Below, in pieces: positions 10,783 to 20,076 of a stretch of DNA of 64,000 bases. Source of the DNA: an uncultured Gammaproteobacteria bacterium (GTDB taxonomy: Bacteria; Pseudomonadota; Gammaproteobacteria; GCA-001735895). Made by a program: the position numbers and the translations under genes. The stretch is taken from positions 72,197 to 136,196 of the forward strand of contig CAJXUC010000001.1 of NCBI GenBank assembly GCA_913061315.1, written 5' to 3'. The notes beneath the pieces were generated by a model that saw only the letters and a program-made list of their open reading frames with translations, was not told the origin of the DNA and made no database searches. The first letter of the stretch is position 1. Each line of letters starts with the position of its first letter.

Positions 10783-12390
10783 GTGAATCAGTTAAAACAA
10801 ATTTATGATTACATTGTAGTAGGCGCAGGTTCAGCCGGATGCGTGCTAGCCAACCGTCTATCAGCCAATTCAGATAAGAGCGTCCTATTAGTTGAGGCTG
10901 GCGTAAAGGACACTAATCCTTGGATTCACGTCCCTGTTGGCTATTTCAAAACTATGCACAACCCAAAACTTGACTGGTGTTATAAAACTGAGCCAGATAA
11001 AGGCATTAACGGCAGAAGCCTGCAATGGCCACGTGGAAAAGTGCTTGGTGGTTCAAGCTCACTTAACGGATTGTTATACGTTCGAGGTCAACGCGAAGAC
11101 TATGATCGATGGTCGGCGTTGGGCAACAAGGGCTGGTCCTACGACGAAGTATTGCCCTACTTCAAAAAATCGGAGGACCAGGCAAGAGGTGCGGATGAAT
11201 ATCATGGTGTCGGTGGGCCGCTCAAAGTATCTGATTTACGTATTCGTCGACCAATTGCTGATTTTTTTATAAAGGCTGCCACTCAAATAGGCATACCCGA
11301 AAACCCTGACTACAATGGCGAAAAACAGGAAGGCGTCGGCTATTTTCAACAGACTGCACACAAAGGATTTCGATGTAGTACCGCAAAAGGTTTTCTGAGC
11401 CCGGTTCGCAATAGAGCTAACTTAACTATATTAACTAAGGCGCAAACAACACGTATTTTGCTTGAAGGTAAAAAAGCCGTCGGTATCGAATATTTGAAAT
11501 CAGGCCAGCTCCATCAAGCATCAGCCAGCTGCGAGGTCATAATCAGCGCAGGTGCCATCGGCTCGCCACAGCTATTGCAACTTTCAGGTATTGGCCCAGA
11601 AAACGTACTCAATAAGGCAGGTGTGCCAGTCGCTCATCACCTGCCAGGTGTCGGGCAAAACTTGCAAGATCACCTTCAAACTCGACTGGTATACAAAACC
11701 AGACTACGCACCCTGAATGACGAACTCAATAATATCTTCAAACGTGGTTTGGTAGGAATGCAATATTTATTGACTCGCAAGGGTCCGCTAACATTAGCCG
11801 CCAGTCAGGTCACTATTTTCACTAAATCTAACCCCGACGTAGAAAGGCCCGACATACAGTTCCACATGCAACCGCTCAGTGCCGATAAACCAGGTGATGG
11901 TGTTCATGAATTTTCAGCCTTCACACTATCAGTTTGCCAGTTGAGACCCAAAAGCCGTGGATCGGTTGAAATAAAATCGACAGACCCATTGGTATATCCA
12001 GATATTCATCCTGGCTATTTGGCAAACGACCATGACTGCCAGGTTGCCATCGACGGCATTAAAGTGGCCCGACGCATTGCTGACGCACCTGCCTTAAAAC
12101 CGCATATCATTGATGAGCACGTGCCAGGCAGGCAGTTCGAAACCGATGAACAGCTACTCGAGACGGCGCGCCAGTTTAGCCAAACCATCTACCATCCAAC
12201 CAGTACCTGTAAAATGGGATCTGATGATATGGCAGTAGTCGATGAACAGCTTAAAGTTCATGGTATCCACAATCTTAGAGTAGTTGACGCATCGATCATG
12301 CCCGAAATTGTATCAGGCAATACCAATGCCCCAACAATTATGATTGCAGAAAAAGCGGCTGATATGATTATTGATGAAGCTACTTTATAG
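10783..12390 (+). CDS. GMC-family FAD-dependent oxidoreductase (choline/alcohol dehydrogenase-like)
   Basis: 535 aa. N-terminal FAD-binding fingerprint YDYIVVGAGSAGCVLANRLS, GMC signature region, and C-terminal active-site segment …[29 protein letters not shown]. Confidence 0.9.
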   Translation: MNQLKQIYDYIVVGAGSAGCVLANRLSANSDKSVLLVEAGVKDTNPWIHVPVGYFKTMHNPKLDWCYKTEPDKGINGRSLQWPRGKVLGGSSSLNGLLYVRGQREDYDRWSALGNKGWSYDEVLPYFKKSEDQARGADEYHGVGGPLKVSDLRIRRPIADFFIKAATQIGIPENPDYNGEKQEGVGYFQQTAHKGFRCSTAKGFLSPVRNRANLTILTKAQTTRILLEGKKAVGIEYLKSGQLHQASASCEVIISAGAIGSPQLLQLSGIGPENVLNKAGVPVAHHLPGVGQNLQDHLQTRLVYKTRLRTLNDELNNIFKRGLVGMQYLLTRKGPLTLAASQVTIFTKSNPDVERPDIQFHMQPLSADKPGDGVHEFSAFTLSVCQLRPKSRGSVEIKSTDPLVYPDIHPGYLANDHDCQVAIDGIKVARRIADAPALKPHIIDEHVPGRQFETDEQLLETARQFSQTIYHPTSTCKMGSDDMAVVDEQLKVHGIHNLRVVDASIMPEIVSGNTNAPTIMIAEKAADMIIDEATL

Positions 12391-12884
12391 GCTGTAGAGG
12401 CAAAATTTTGGTTATCAATTACCATCTAGAGCACTTTGAATAATCCAGCACGATCTTCCACCCCAAACCCCGTCTAGATCTCTTTTGATATATTCCAGGA
12501 AGAAGGGCTGAAAGTTTGGCCTCGAATCAGTTTTTTTGCGCGAGCCGGAATGCAGTTAACAACATCCTTATATATGTTTAACGGTGCACCGATATGCAGA
12601 TTGCCAAGTGCATAGGAACTAGAATGAATAACTACTGCCATCTTTTTGCATTTGGGGCCGTATAAAAACAGATACAAGCTGGTTGGCTAACCAAGGCGTA
12701 TTCCGTCCGACAGATGTGGACCCCTTTTTTTCTAACTGAGAAATCTAAGGTGGAAACTACCCGTAATCCAATGTTCGTTATATAGTCGATACCGATTTAT
12801 CGCTTATGTCGCAAAGCCAAAAGTTAGCAGGGAAATAATAGGTATACCGTCCCTAGATCCCTGATAAATTCTGAGCTGACTGAC

Positions 12885-13883
12885 CTAACTAAATAAGGAC
12901 TCTCCCGACACGACTTCAAAATAAAGATAACATTGATAGGCCACGAATAAAGCGCATAGTACCGCGCCTTTGGCGCGGCTAATTTGATTGAGTTTTTGAT
13001 TTCTACTGAATGAGAACGCAAATAGCAAAAGAGTAAGGAACACCATTACCGGAAGATCTCGATGCAGTGCTGCTGAATCTATGACAAACCCTTGAATGAG
13101 CGCTGGAATACCTACCACCGCGAGACTATTGAAAAGGTTAGAGCCGATCACGTTACCAATGGCCATATCGGTCATCGACTTTTTCAGACTAGCAATCGAT
13201 GCTGCCAGCTCCGGTAAACTGGTGCCAAACGCGACGATCGTCAAACCAATCACCAAGTCGCTTACACCGAGGCTGTGTGCGATATTCGATGCGCCCCAAA
13301 CTAGCATGTGCGAACTGCTAATCAATAGCACTAGACCGAGCAAAACCCAAAGCCAGGCAGTTTTAATGGACATCGGCTGGTCGTCGCCAACTGCATCTTC
13401 ATCAACTGATACTTCTTTTTTGCCGTTGCGATGGCTATAAATCATATAAGACATGATTCCTATTAGCAGACCAATCAGCAGAAAACCATCGAGACGGTCT
13501 AACTGCAAGTCATAGAGGCACCACACGAGTACGACAGTGGCGCCGGCTAACAGTGGATATTCTGATCGAATCAGGCCGTTTGGTACAGAAATTGGCGCGA
13601 GCAACGCGGTAATGCCGAGGATTAACCCAACATTGGCAATGTTCGAGCCGATTGCATTGCCTACCGCAATACCAGGCACCTCTTCAAGTACCGCAATGAC
13701 CGATACAGCAATTTCTGGCGCCGAAGTGCCGAAACCAACCACGGTAATGCCGATAATTAGATTGGAAACACCCATGTGCTGCGCAATAGCAGCAGCACCG
13801 TCAACGAAACGATCGGCACTCCAGACCAGAATTGCAAGGCCAACTACAATAGCAGCGATAGACAATAACAAATTAGACTCCAC
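12885..13883 (-). CDS. yrbG: CaCA-family Na+/Ca2+ (K+-dependent-type) antiporter, YrbG-like
   Basis: 332 aa. Two internal alpha-repeat halves each carrying GxSxPE (GFGTSAPEIAVSV, AFGTSLPELAASI), about 10 TM segments, and a central acidic loop. Confidence 0.85.
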   Translation of the reverse strand: MESNLLLSIAAIVVGLAILVWSADRFVDGAAAIAQHMGVSNLIIGITVVGFGTSAPEIAVSVIAVLEEVPGIAVGNAIGSNIANVGLILGITALLAPISVPNGLIRSEYPLLAGATVVLVWCLYDLQLDRLDGFLLIGLLIGIMSYMIYSHRNGKKEVSVDEDAVGDDQPMSIKTAWLWVLLGLVLLISSSHMLVWGASNIAHSLGVSDLVIGLTIVAFGTSLPELAASIASLKKSMTDMAIGNVIGSNLFNSLAVVGIPALIQGFVIDSAALHRDLPVMVFLTLLLFAFSFSRNQKLNQISRAKGAVLCALFVAYQCYLYFEVVSGESLFS

Positions 13884-14139
13884 AAAAAAATTTAAACGAT
13901 AAACAATCAGAAAACGCAGATATAAAGTATCGAGGCTTATTTCTGCTTAAATAATAGGTTTGAATCAATCTATCGTTTTACTACTATCACTCAACGCAAT
14001 AGGCAAACAGAGCCACCTGTGACATTTGCTCAGCGGTTGCTGAATTTTCCCAGCTTTTTTCAAACATTGGATAGAATTTTATTTATTATGGTGATACTTA
14101 TAGTCTCATTTTTACAATTTATGAACATTATTGCAACCA

Positions 14140-14254
14140 AATTACCACTTTTCCATGGAATCATGTCGACTGCCTTCTCCACAATCATGATTGTTGGAGC
14201 ATTGGTTTTGCTAGATAGGGTCTTGGGCATGATCGAAGCATCAATATCACGCAA
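14140..14254 (-). pseudogene. fragment of a GMC-oxidoreductase C-terminus (paralogous to 10783-12390)
   Basis: Minus-strand [35 protein letters not shown]… matches the last ~35 residues of GMC enzymes (VDASIMP…[18 protein letters not shown]). No upstream catalytic body; it diverges into nonsense after ~40 codons. Confidence 0.7.
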
Positions 14255-14777
14255 TCCATTATACCCATCTAAAACCCTGATAAGTGGTCTGTTGAAAATA
14301 ACTGCCCAGTATGTTCAGTTAAAGATTAAAAAGTCCAGTTCCAGCCACGACTAATAGTACTTTGTGCGCCAGATTTCCGGACAGCTAATCTGAAGCCAAC
14401 GAAGGTATGGCCAAGTGGATCGATAAACCCCTCACCAACGTATGTTGCCAATCGACAATACGATAAACCCTTCTAAAATGGACTAAAAAGTCTCTTTTAG
14501 TGATGATTTAGGGCCCTTTTAGTTGATTCTAGTTCTGTATAGCGCCATCAAGTTTGGCTTTTGGGATGCCGGACTGAGACAAAACTTATGTGTATTTAGC
14601 CCTGTCACTCAATCGCAAAAAAATGTAAGATTGGGACTGATAGTCTCATTTTAGCTGAATTTTTTCAGTATGTGGCATTCAACTGGGGCGGAACGCCGGC
14701 CCAGCAAGCTCCGAGGCATCGTCTTCAGCCTCGCGAAGCATAAAATAACGAAGGCTTTCTTAATACGAGGAGTAGGT

Positions 14778-15875
14778 ATGATCAAACTAAAAACTATTGC
14801 TGCCAGTACAGCAGCCCTGGCACTCATGGCATCGTCTGCCATGGCGGAAGACAAAGTCTTGCGTATTCAGTCGGTGCTATCCACTTCAGCTGACGAAGTC
14901 GTTATGTTGAGGGAGTTTGGTAAAGATGTCGCAGCGCTGACTAACGGCTCGCTCACCATTGAAGTTCTGCCAGCAGGCGCTGTTGTCGGGCCACGAGACG
15001 TTATGGATGCCGTTGACTCGGGTCTGGTTGAAGGTGGTTTTGCCTGGACACATTATTGGGGTGGCAAACACGTTGCTGCTAACCTGTTCGGCGCACCTAT
15101 AGCGGGTGCCGGTGTAGGACTCGATAATATCGCGTTCCTGAGCTGGTTCCAGTACGGTGGTGGCAAGGAGTTGTACGATCGCCTATGGGGTGAAATGGGC
15201 GTGAACGTCAAAGGATTCATGCTGCAGCCAGTAGGCCCTGAGGCACTTGGTTGGTTCCCAAAACCAATCAAGTCGATGGATGACTTTCGTAAATTACGCT
15301 TCCGTGCGCCTCCGGGCATGGTGGGTGCCGCATACGCTGAAATTGGTGTTCCAGCGGTTGCTATGGGCGGTGGCGATATCCTACCAGCGCTTGAGAAAGG
15401 CACGATCGACGCAGCTGAGTGGTGCTGCCCCAAGCCAGATTCTGTCTTTGGTTTCCAAAAAGTATTAAAGCACTACTATCTCCAGGGTTTGCACCAGGTA
15501 GTCGTGAACGCAGACATGTATGTGAATGGCGATTTTTACAAGTCGCTGAGCGTCGTTGAGAAGAAAGCTTTGGAAGTGGCGGCAAACGCGTCTCTGTCAA
15601 AATCCTTGTCCTACAGAATCTATGAGAACGGTAAGGCACTGAAAGATCTGACGGATAATCACGGTGTTATCCTGGAAGATACACCAGCGGATTACTTCAC
15701 AGAGTACATGGCGGCCGCTAAGAAGTCGCTTCAAGCTGCTGCAGATAAAAACGAGTTTTTTGCAGAAGTGTGGCAGTCACAAAAAGATTTCGCCGACACG
15801 GTAGTTCCCTTCTGGTCTGGTGCTCAAACTTCAAACGCAAGTTTGGGTCGTGCGCACGCAGACACTCTGAAGTAA
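14778..15875 (+). CDS. dctP: TRAP transporter substrate-binding protein (DctP-type, extracytoplasmic solute receptor)
   Basis: Start taken at ATG 14778 (MIKLKT…), which follows GAGGAGTAGG; the six-frame ORF extends spuriously upstream to 14670. Signal peptide AALALMASSAMA. Conserved …GGGDILPALEKGTIDAAEW… motif of the larger TRAP SBP class. Immediately followed by the fused permease. Confidence 0.75.
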   Translation: MIKLKTIAASTAALALMASSAMAEDKVLRIQSVLSTSADEVVMLREFGKDVAALTNGSLTIEVLPAGAVVGPRDVMDAVDSGLVEGGFAWTHYWGGKHVAANLFGAPIAGAGVGLDNIAFLSWFQYGGGKELYDRLWGEMGVNVKGFMLQPVGPEALGWFPKPIKSMDDFRKLRFRAPPGMVGAAYAEIGVPAVAMGGGDILPALEKGTIDAAEWCCPKPDSVFGFQKVLKHYYLQGLHQVVVNADMYVNGDFYKSLSVVEKKALEVAANASLSKSLSYRIYENGKALKDLTDNHGVILEDTPADYFTEYMAAAKKSLQAAADKNEFFAEVWQSQKDFADTVVPFWSGAQTSNASLGRAHADTLK

Positions 15876-16065
15876 AAAAAGACTTCGTTGCGAGTCCCAT
15901 TTAGGGCTCGTTTCGAAGTTTCTGTAAGTAGTACCATCTTGGGTGAGCGTACAGACCACGAACGCTAGTTTGGGTCGTGCACATGCCAATATACTTAAGT
16001 AAAAAACTTCGTTGCGAGGCTCATGAGGGTCTCGCTTCGAAATTTCTGTAAGGGGCTAAGCCCTG
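15833..16065 (+). repeat. tandem ~120-bp duplication of the dctP 3' end plus downstream hairpin
   Basis: Copy 1 (15833-15930) includes the last 14 dctP codons (…SNASLGRAHADTLK*) and hairpin cttcgttgcgagtccc/gggctcgtttcgaag. Copy 2 (15957-16050) is ~80% identical, still reads …TNASLGRAHANILK*, and has its own hairpin (gcgaggctcatgagggtctcgc). A third small GC hairpin (ggggctaagccc) lies at 16051-16064. Confidence 0.7.
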
Positions 16066-16115
16066 TTTAAATAATAATAGCCCGAAATGGGTACAAAATA
16101 CTGGGGAGAAGGATC

Positions 16116-18590
16116 ATGGCTTTAGATGAAGTAAATCCAGAAGATCTTGAAATTGCGGATGAACTAATTGCTGAGCGTCGTACCGAGGCCCCGGGTGAAA
16201 CGCCAGAAGATATGACGTCCTGGCAACGCCCTATTACGGCAGCCATTGATATAATCAATTACCGGGTAGGCCAGATTATTGCCCTGCTCATTGTGCCGCT
16301 CCTTGTTGTAGTGGTTCTAGAAGTTCTTTCACGAAATTCCTTTTCGATTTTGCAAAATGCTGGGTTCGAAGACCTCGCCCGAACCCTTGGACTTGGTCCC
16401 ACGCTCTGGGTGTATGACACCAGCCGTATGATAGCTGGGATACTCTTCATGGCGGCCGCGGGCTATGGTTTGATGCGTGGGGTTCACATCCGGGCCGATT
16501 TCCTCTACCGAAATTGGTCGGCAAAAACACAAGCGACAGTAGATGCAACACTGTATCTGATGTTCTTTATGCCTTCGATGATCTTCTTTACCGTTATCGC
16601 CTCCGACTTCTGGTGGCTCGCCTTTTCAAGGGGCGAAACCATGCAGGTCGACAGTGCTTGGGGACCCCTTTTATGGCCCGCACGCCTGGCGATGCCCGTC
16701 GGTGCCTTCCTTTTGATGCTGCAAGGCCTCCCTGAAATTTTCCGTGCATTTCACAAGATGGGTAAAGAGCGAGAGCGTTGGTTTGTAAGGGCTTTACCTA
16801 TCTATATAATCGTACTGACCTGGCTCGTACTGGCGGTTTTCCATCCGAGTATGATCCCAGGTGGCGAATCGTTTTCTGACCTCATGTCTGCCCGCCCGAA
16901 CATAGACAAAGCTACCATCGGATTGATCATGCTAGGCGCCATGCTCTTCGTGATTTTTATCGGTTTTCCAATTGCCTTCACGTTAATCTTCCTTGCCTTT
17001 GTGTTTGGTATTTGGGGCGCCAACTTCAAGTTAACCACGCTATTGATGACGCTAAATACAAACTCCACCATGTTGAACGATCAGCTCATGGCCGTGCCAC
17101 TCTTCGTACTAATGGGAATCGTGATGGAAGCGGCGGGCTTGATGAACCGGTTGTTTGCATCGATCCAGATGATGATGTCGCGCGTTCGCGGCGCGTTGTT
17201 CATCGCCGTGCTAATCGTATCGACGATTTTTGCAGCAGCCACTGGCATTGTGGGTGCTTCTGTAACCCTACTTGGAATCATGGCGGGTGCGACCATGACC
17301 AGAGCAGGCTATGACGTCAAGCTTGCGGCTGGAACTATCACCGCAGGCGGCACATTGGGCATTCTGATACCACCCTCAATTATGCTGATCGTTATGGGAC
17401 CTGTTCTGGAAGTTTCAACCCTGGATCTTTTCCGTGGTGCCTTTATCCCTGGCGCCATGCTGGCTAGCCTTTACCTGCTCTACACACTGGGACGCTGCTG
17501 GCTGAATCCGGATCTAGGGCCAATTTTGTCAGACGAAGACCAACCACAAACGTCGCCATTTTATGGCGCTGAGGTCGCGCTGATTTGTTTGGGTGTTTTG
17601 ACCGTTTGCCGAGTCTTTGGCCTGGCCATGAGTGGTGCTTTTAGCAGTATGATGCCATTTGGCGGCCTGATCGTTTTGGGCATTACCTGTGCCATCGCTT
17701 ATGCCGCATACCGTCGCTTGAATCTACTCAAGATTGTGCTTCCGTTGACGCTTATTTTCCACATCTATATGATCTTTGCGACAATGGGCGAGGACGGTAG
17801 CCTAACGATCTGGTCGATAACTCTTGGTTCATTCACCCTGCTTTTGGGATATTTGGGACGACCGATTTATAACGCTGCGTCAGACAATGGGTTCTACTTC
17901 TCGGATCTATGGGATGAGTTCTTTGCCGGGCTCATGCCGCCCACGATCTTAATTTCTTTTGCTTTGGGGTCGATTCTTCTTGGCCTGGCAACACCTGCTG
18001 AAGCCGCAGCGATGGGCGCCTTTGGTGCCATCTTGTTAGCTATCGGTTACGGTAAATTTAACTTCCCTAGTTTCTTTGACAGTCTGGTCAAAGCCCTGGA
18101 GATCACAGTTCTGATCATGTTTTTGGTTGCCGCATCGAACTTCTTTGGCGCCGAATTCAGTTATTTGGGTACGCCAAAGATGATGACTGAGCTGCTACTT
18201 GACCTCGACATGTCGCCATACCTCATTCTGATCGTCATTATGGCACTGATCTTCCTTCTAGGATGGCCACTAGAGTGGGTGCCTATTGTTCTGATCGTTG
18301 TGCCAATTTTGTTACCAACAGTCGAGGCGCTGGACATCCACGGGCTGGATCGCTACGACCTCATGGTCTGGTTTGGGATTTTAGTCGCGGTGAATCTGCA
18401 GACCGCTTGGCTATCCCCACCTGTGGCCTTATCAGCTTACTTTTTGAAGGGAGTCGTGCCGGATTGGGATCTCAAGGACATCTATCTGGGTATGATGCAG
18501 TTCATGGGGATTCAACTCATCGGTCTTATCTTACTGTTTATCTTCCCGCAACTGGTGCTTTGGTTACCCAGAGTGATGTCTGGTGGGTAA
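16116..18590 (+). CDS. dctQM: TRAP transporter fused small+large permease (DctQ-DctM fusion) with N-terminal cytoplasmic extension
   Basis: 824 aa and highly hydrophobic. After a ~45-aa acidic N-terminus comes a 4-TM DctQ-like module, then a ~12-TM DctM-like module. Operonic with the DctP gene. Confidence 0.8.
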   Translation: MALDEVNPEDLEIADELIAERRTEAPGETPEDMTSWQRPITAAIDIINYRVGQIIALLIVPLLVVVVLEVLSRNSFSILQNAGFEDLARTLGLGPTLWVYDTSRMIAGILFMAAAGYGLMRGVHIRADFLYRNWSAKTQATVDATLYLMFFMPSMIFFTVIASDFWWLAFSRGETMQVDSAWGPLLWPARLAMPVGAFLLMLQGLPEIFRAFHKMGKERERWFVRALPIYIIVLTWLVLAVFHPSMIPGGESFSDLMSARPNIDKATIGLIMLGAMLFVIFIGFPIAFTLIFLAFVFGIWGANFKLTTLLMTLNTNSTMLNDQLMAVPLFVLMGIVMEAAGLMNRLFASIQMMMSRVRGALFIAVLIVSTIFAAATGIVGASVTLLGIMAGATMTRAGYDVKLAAGTITAGGTLGILIPPSIMLIVMGPVLEVSTLDLFRGAFIPGAMLASLYLLYTLGRCWLNPDLGPILSDEDQPQTSPFYGAEVALICLGVLTVCRVFGLAMSGAFSSMMPFGGLIVLGITCAIAYAAYRRLNLLKIVLPLTLIFHIYMIFATMGEDGSLTIWSITLGSFTLLLGYLGRPIYNAASDNGFYFSDLWDEFFAGLMPPTILISFALGSILLGLATPAEAAAMGAFGAILLAIGYGKFNFPSFFDSLVKALEITVLIMFLVAASNFFGAEFSYLGTPKMMTELLLDLDMSPYLILIVIMALIFLLGWPLEWVPIVLIVVPILLPTVEALDIHGLDRYDLMVWFGILVAVNLQTAWLSPPVALSAYFLKGVVPDWDLKDIYLGMMQFMGIQLIGLILLFIFPQLVLWLPRVMSGG

Positions 18591-18636
18591 ATCATGAAGG
18601 GTAAATTATGGTGCATCTCATTCAATTTAACTTGCG

Positions 18637-18822
18637 TTGAGCAGCGCCCGACAGGATGATATGGCACTAATCGATGAACGACTTAAGTTACTCGGCATTC
18701 AAAACTTAGATGTGATCGATACATCGATCATGCCGAAGATTGTGTCAGGTAATACCAATCCATCGACGATCATGATTGCGGAAAAAGCGGTCAATATGAT
18801 TATTGAATATAGCGCTCATTAA
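18637..18822 (+). pseudogene. second GMC-oxidoreductase C-terminal fragment (about 61 codons only)
   Basis: …LLGIQNLDVIDTSIMPKIVSGNTNPSTIMIAEKAVNMIIE… is collinear with the C-terminus of the intact GMC enzyme at 12210-12390 (…[40 protein letters not shown]…). Nucleotide identity over the segment is only moderate, so this is a paralog rather than a recent copy. It sits 47 bp after the dctQM stop. Confidence 0.75.
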
Positions 18823-18877
18823 AATTGCCAGATAAACATGTGATTTCATAAAAAGGGCCGAACTTTAAAGGACTGGA

Positions 18878-20071
18878 CTAGATCGTGTCACCAGGGACGC
18901 GAACTAAACCTTCCATCAAAACCCTGGCGCTACGACTCATTGTCGCTTTATTAACAGTCCATACGCCTTCGCACTGACTGACTTGCGCGCCTACTCGTAA
19001 CGTGCCAGACGGATGGCCGAAGCAAACGCTTTGGCGTTCACCACCACCGGCAGCCTGATTAACTATAGTACCGGGAATAGCGGCAGCGGTTGCAATCGCA
19101 ACGGCAGCGGTGCCCATCATCGCATGGTGTAATTTACCCATTGATAACGCCCTAACGTTCAAATCGATATCTAAAGCTGAAATGGGCTTAGTGCTTGAAG
19201 CTATATAATCAATCGGGTTGGCCACGATGGCCACTTTGGGTGTGTGCTGACGTTGTGACGCTTGTTCAATTGTATTAACCAAACCCATAGCCACCGCACC
19301 CTTTACTCGTATGATTTCAAATAGAGCGAGTGCTTTAGCATCGCTATTAATATCGTCCTGTAATTCGGTGCCGTTATACCCGAGATCCTGCGCCTTAATG
19401 AAAATAGTGGGAATGCCAGCATTAATCAGGGTCACCTTAATGGGTCCAACGTCGGGCACTTCAAGTTCGTCAATCAAATTTCCAGTTGGGAACATGGCAC
19501 CCCCAGCATCTGCTGGGTTGACAAACTCAACTTCTATTTCAGCTGCAGGAAAAGTGACACCATCGAGTTCGAAGTCACCGGTTTCCTGAACCTCATGGTC
19601 CGTGATTGGCACCTGTGCAATAATTGTTTTTTGAATATTGGCCTGCCAGATGCGAACTGTAGCTATGCCATTATCTGGCACAAGGCTCGGATCAACCAGC
19701 CCGTTACTAATTGCAAATGGACCAACAGCCGCACTTAAATTGCCACAGTTGCCACTCCAATCAACAACCGGCTTGTCGATAGAAACCTGACCAAACAAAT
19801 AGTCAACATCATGGTTGGGTTGGTTACTTTTTGACAAGATAACGACTTTACTGGTGCTCGAGGTTGCACCCCCCATGCCATCCGTTTGCTTACCATACGG
19901 GTCAGGGCTTCCGACAACACGTAGTAGCAGGGCATCGCGTGCTGCGCCGGGTTTTTTTGCCGCTTCAGGCAGGTTATCTTGTTTAAAAAAAACGCCTTTA
20001 CTGGTGCCACCACGCATATAGGTGGCGGCGATTTTGATTTGAGGAGGCGCTGTTTGATCGTTAAGTTTCAT
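18878..20071 (-). CDS. prpF: 2-methylaconitate isomerase PrpF (AcnD accessory protein)
   Basis: 397 aa PrpF/diaminopimelate-epimerase-fold family (…ATYMRGGTSKGVFF…). Directly downstream of acnD, as in known acnD-prpF pairs. Confidence 0.88.
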   Translation of the reverse strand: MKLNDQTAPPQIKIAATYMRGGTSKGVFFKQDNLPEAAKKPGAARDALLLRVVGSPDPYGKQTDGMGGATSSTSKVVILSKSNQPNHDVDYLFGQVSIDKPVVDWSGNCGNLSAAVGPFAISNGLVDPSLVPDNGIATVRIWQANIQKTIIAQVPITDHEVQETGDFELDGVTFPAAEIEVEFVNPADAGGAMFPTGNLIDELEVPDVGPIKVTLINAGIPTIFIKAQDLGYNGTELQDDINSDAKALALFEIIRVKGAVAMGLVNTIEQASQRQHTPKVAIVANPIDYIASSTKPISALDIDLNVRALSMGKLHHAMMGTAAVAIATAAAIPGTIVNQAAGGGERQSVCFGHPSGTLRVGAQVSQCEGVWTVNKATMSRSARVLMEGLVRVPGDTI

Positions 20072-20076
20072 TGTCG

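Noticed and set aside
14019-14354. 111-aa hydrophobic plus-strand ORF upstream of dctP
   Set aside because: It overlaps antisense to the GMC C-terminal remnant. It is AT-rich with a codon pattern unlike neighbouring genes and is most likely a chance ORF in degraded sequence.
14670-14777. Upstream extension of the dctP ORF (MWHSTGAERRPSKLRG…)
   Set aside because: There is no RBS. The internal ATG at 14778 has a strong GAGGAGTAGG Shine-Dalgarno and begins a canonical signal peptide, so the extension is rejected.
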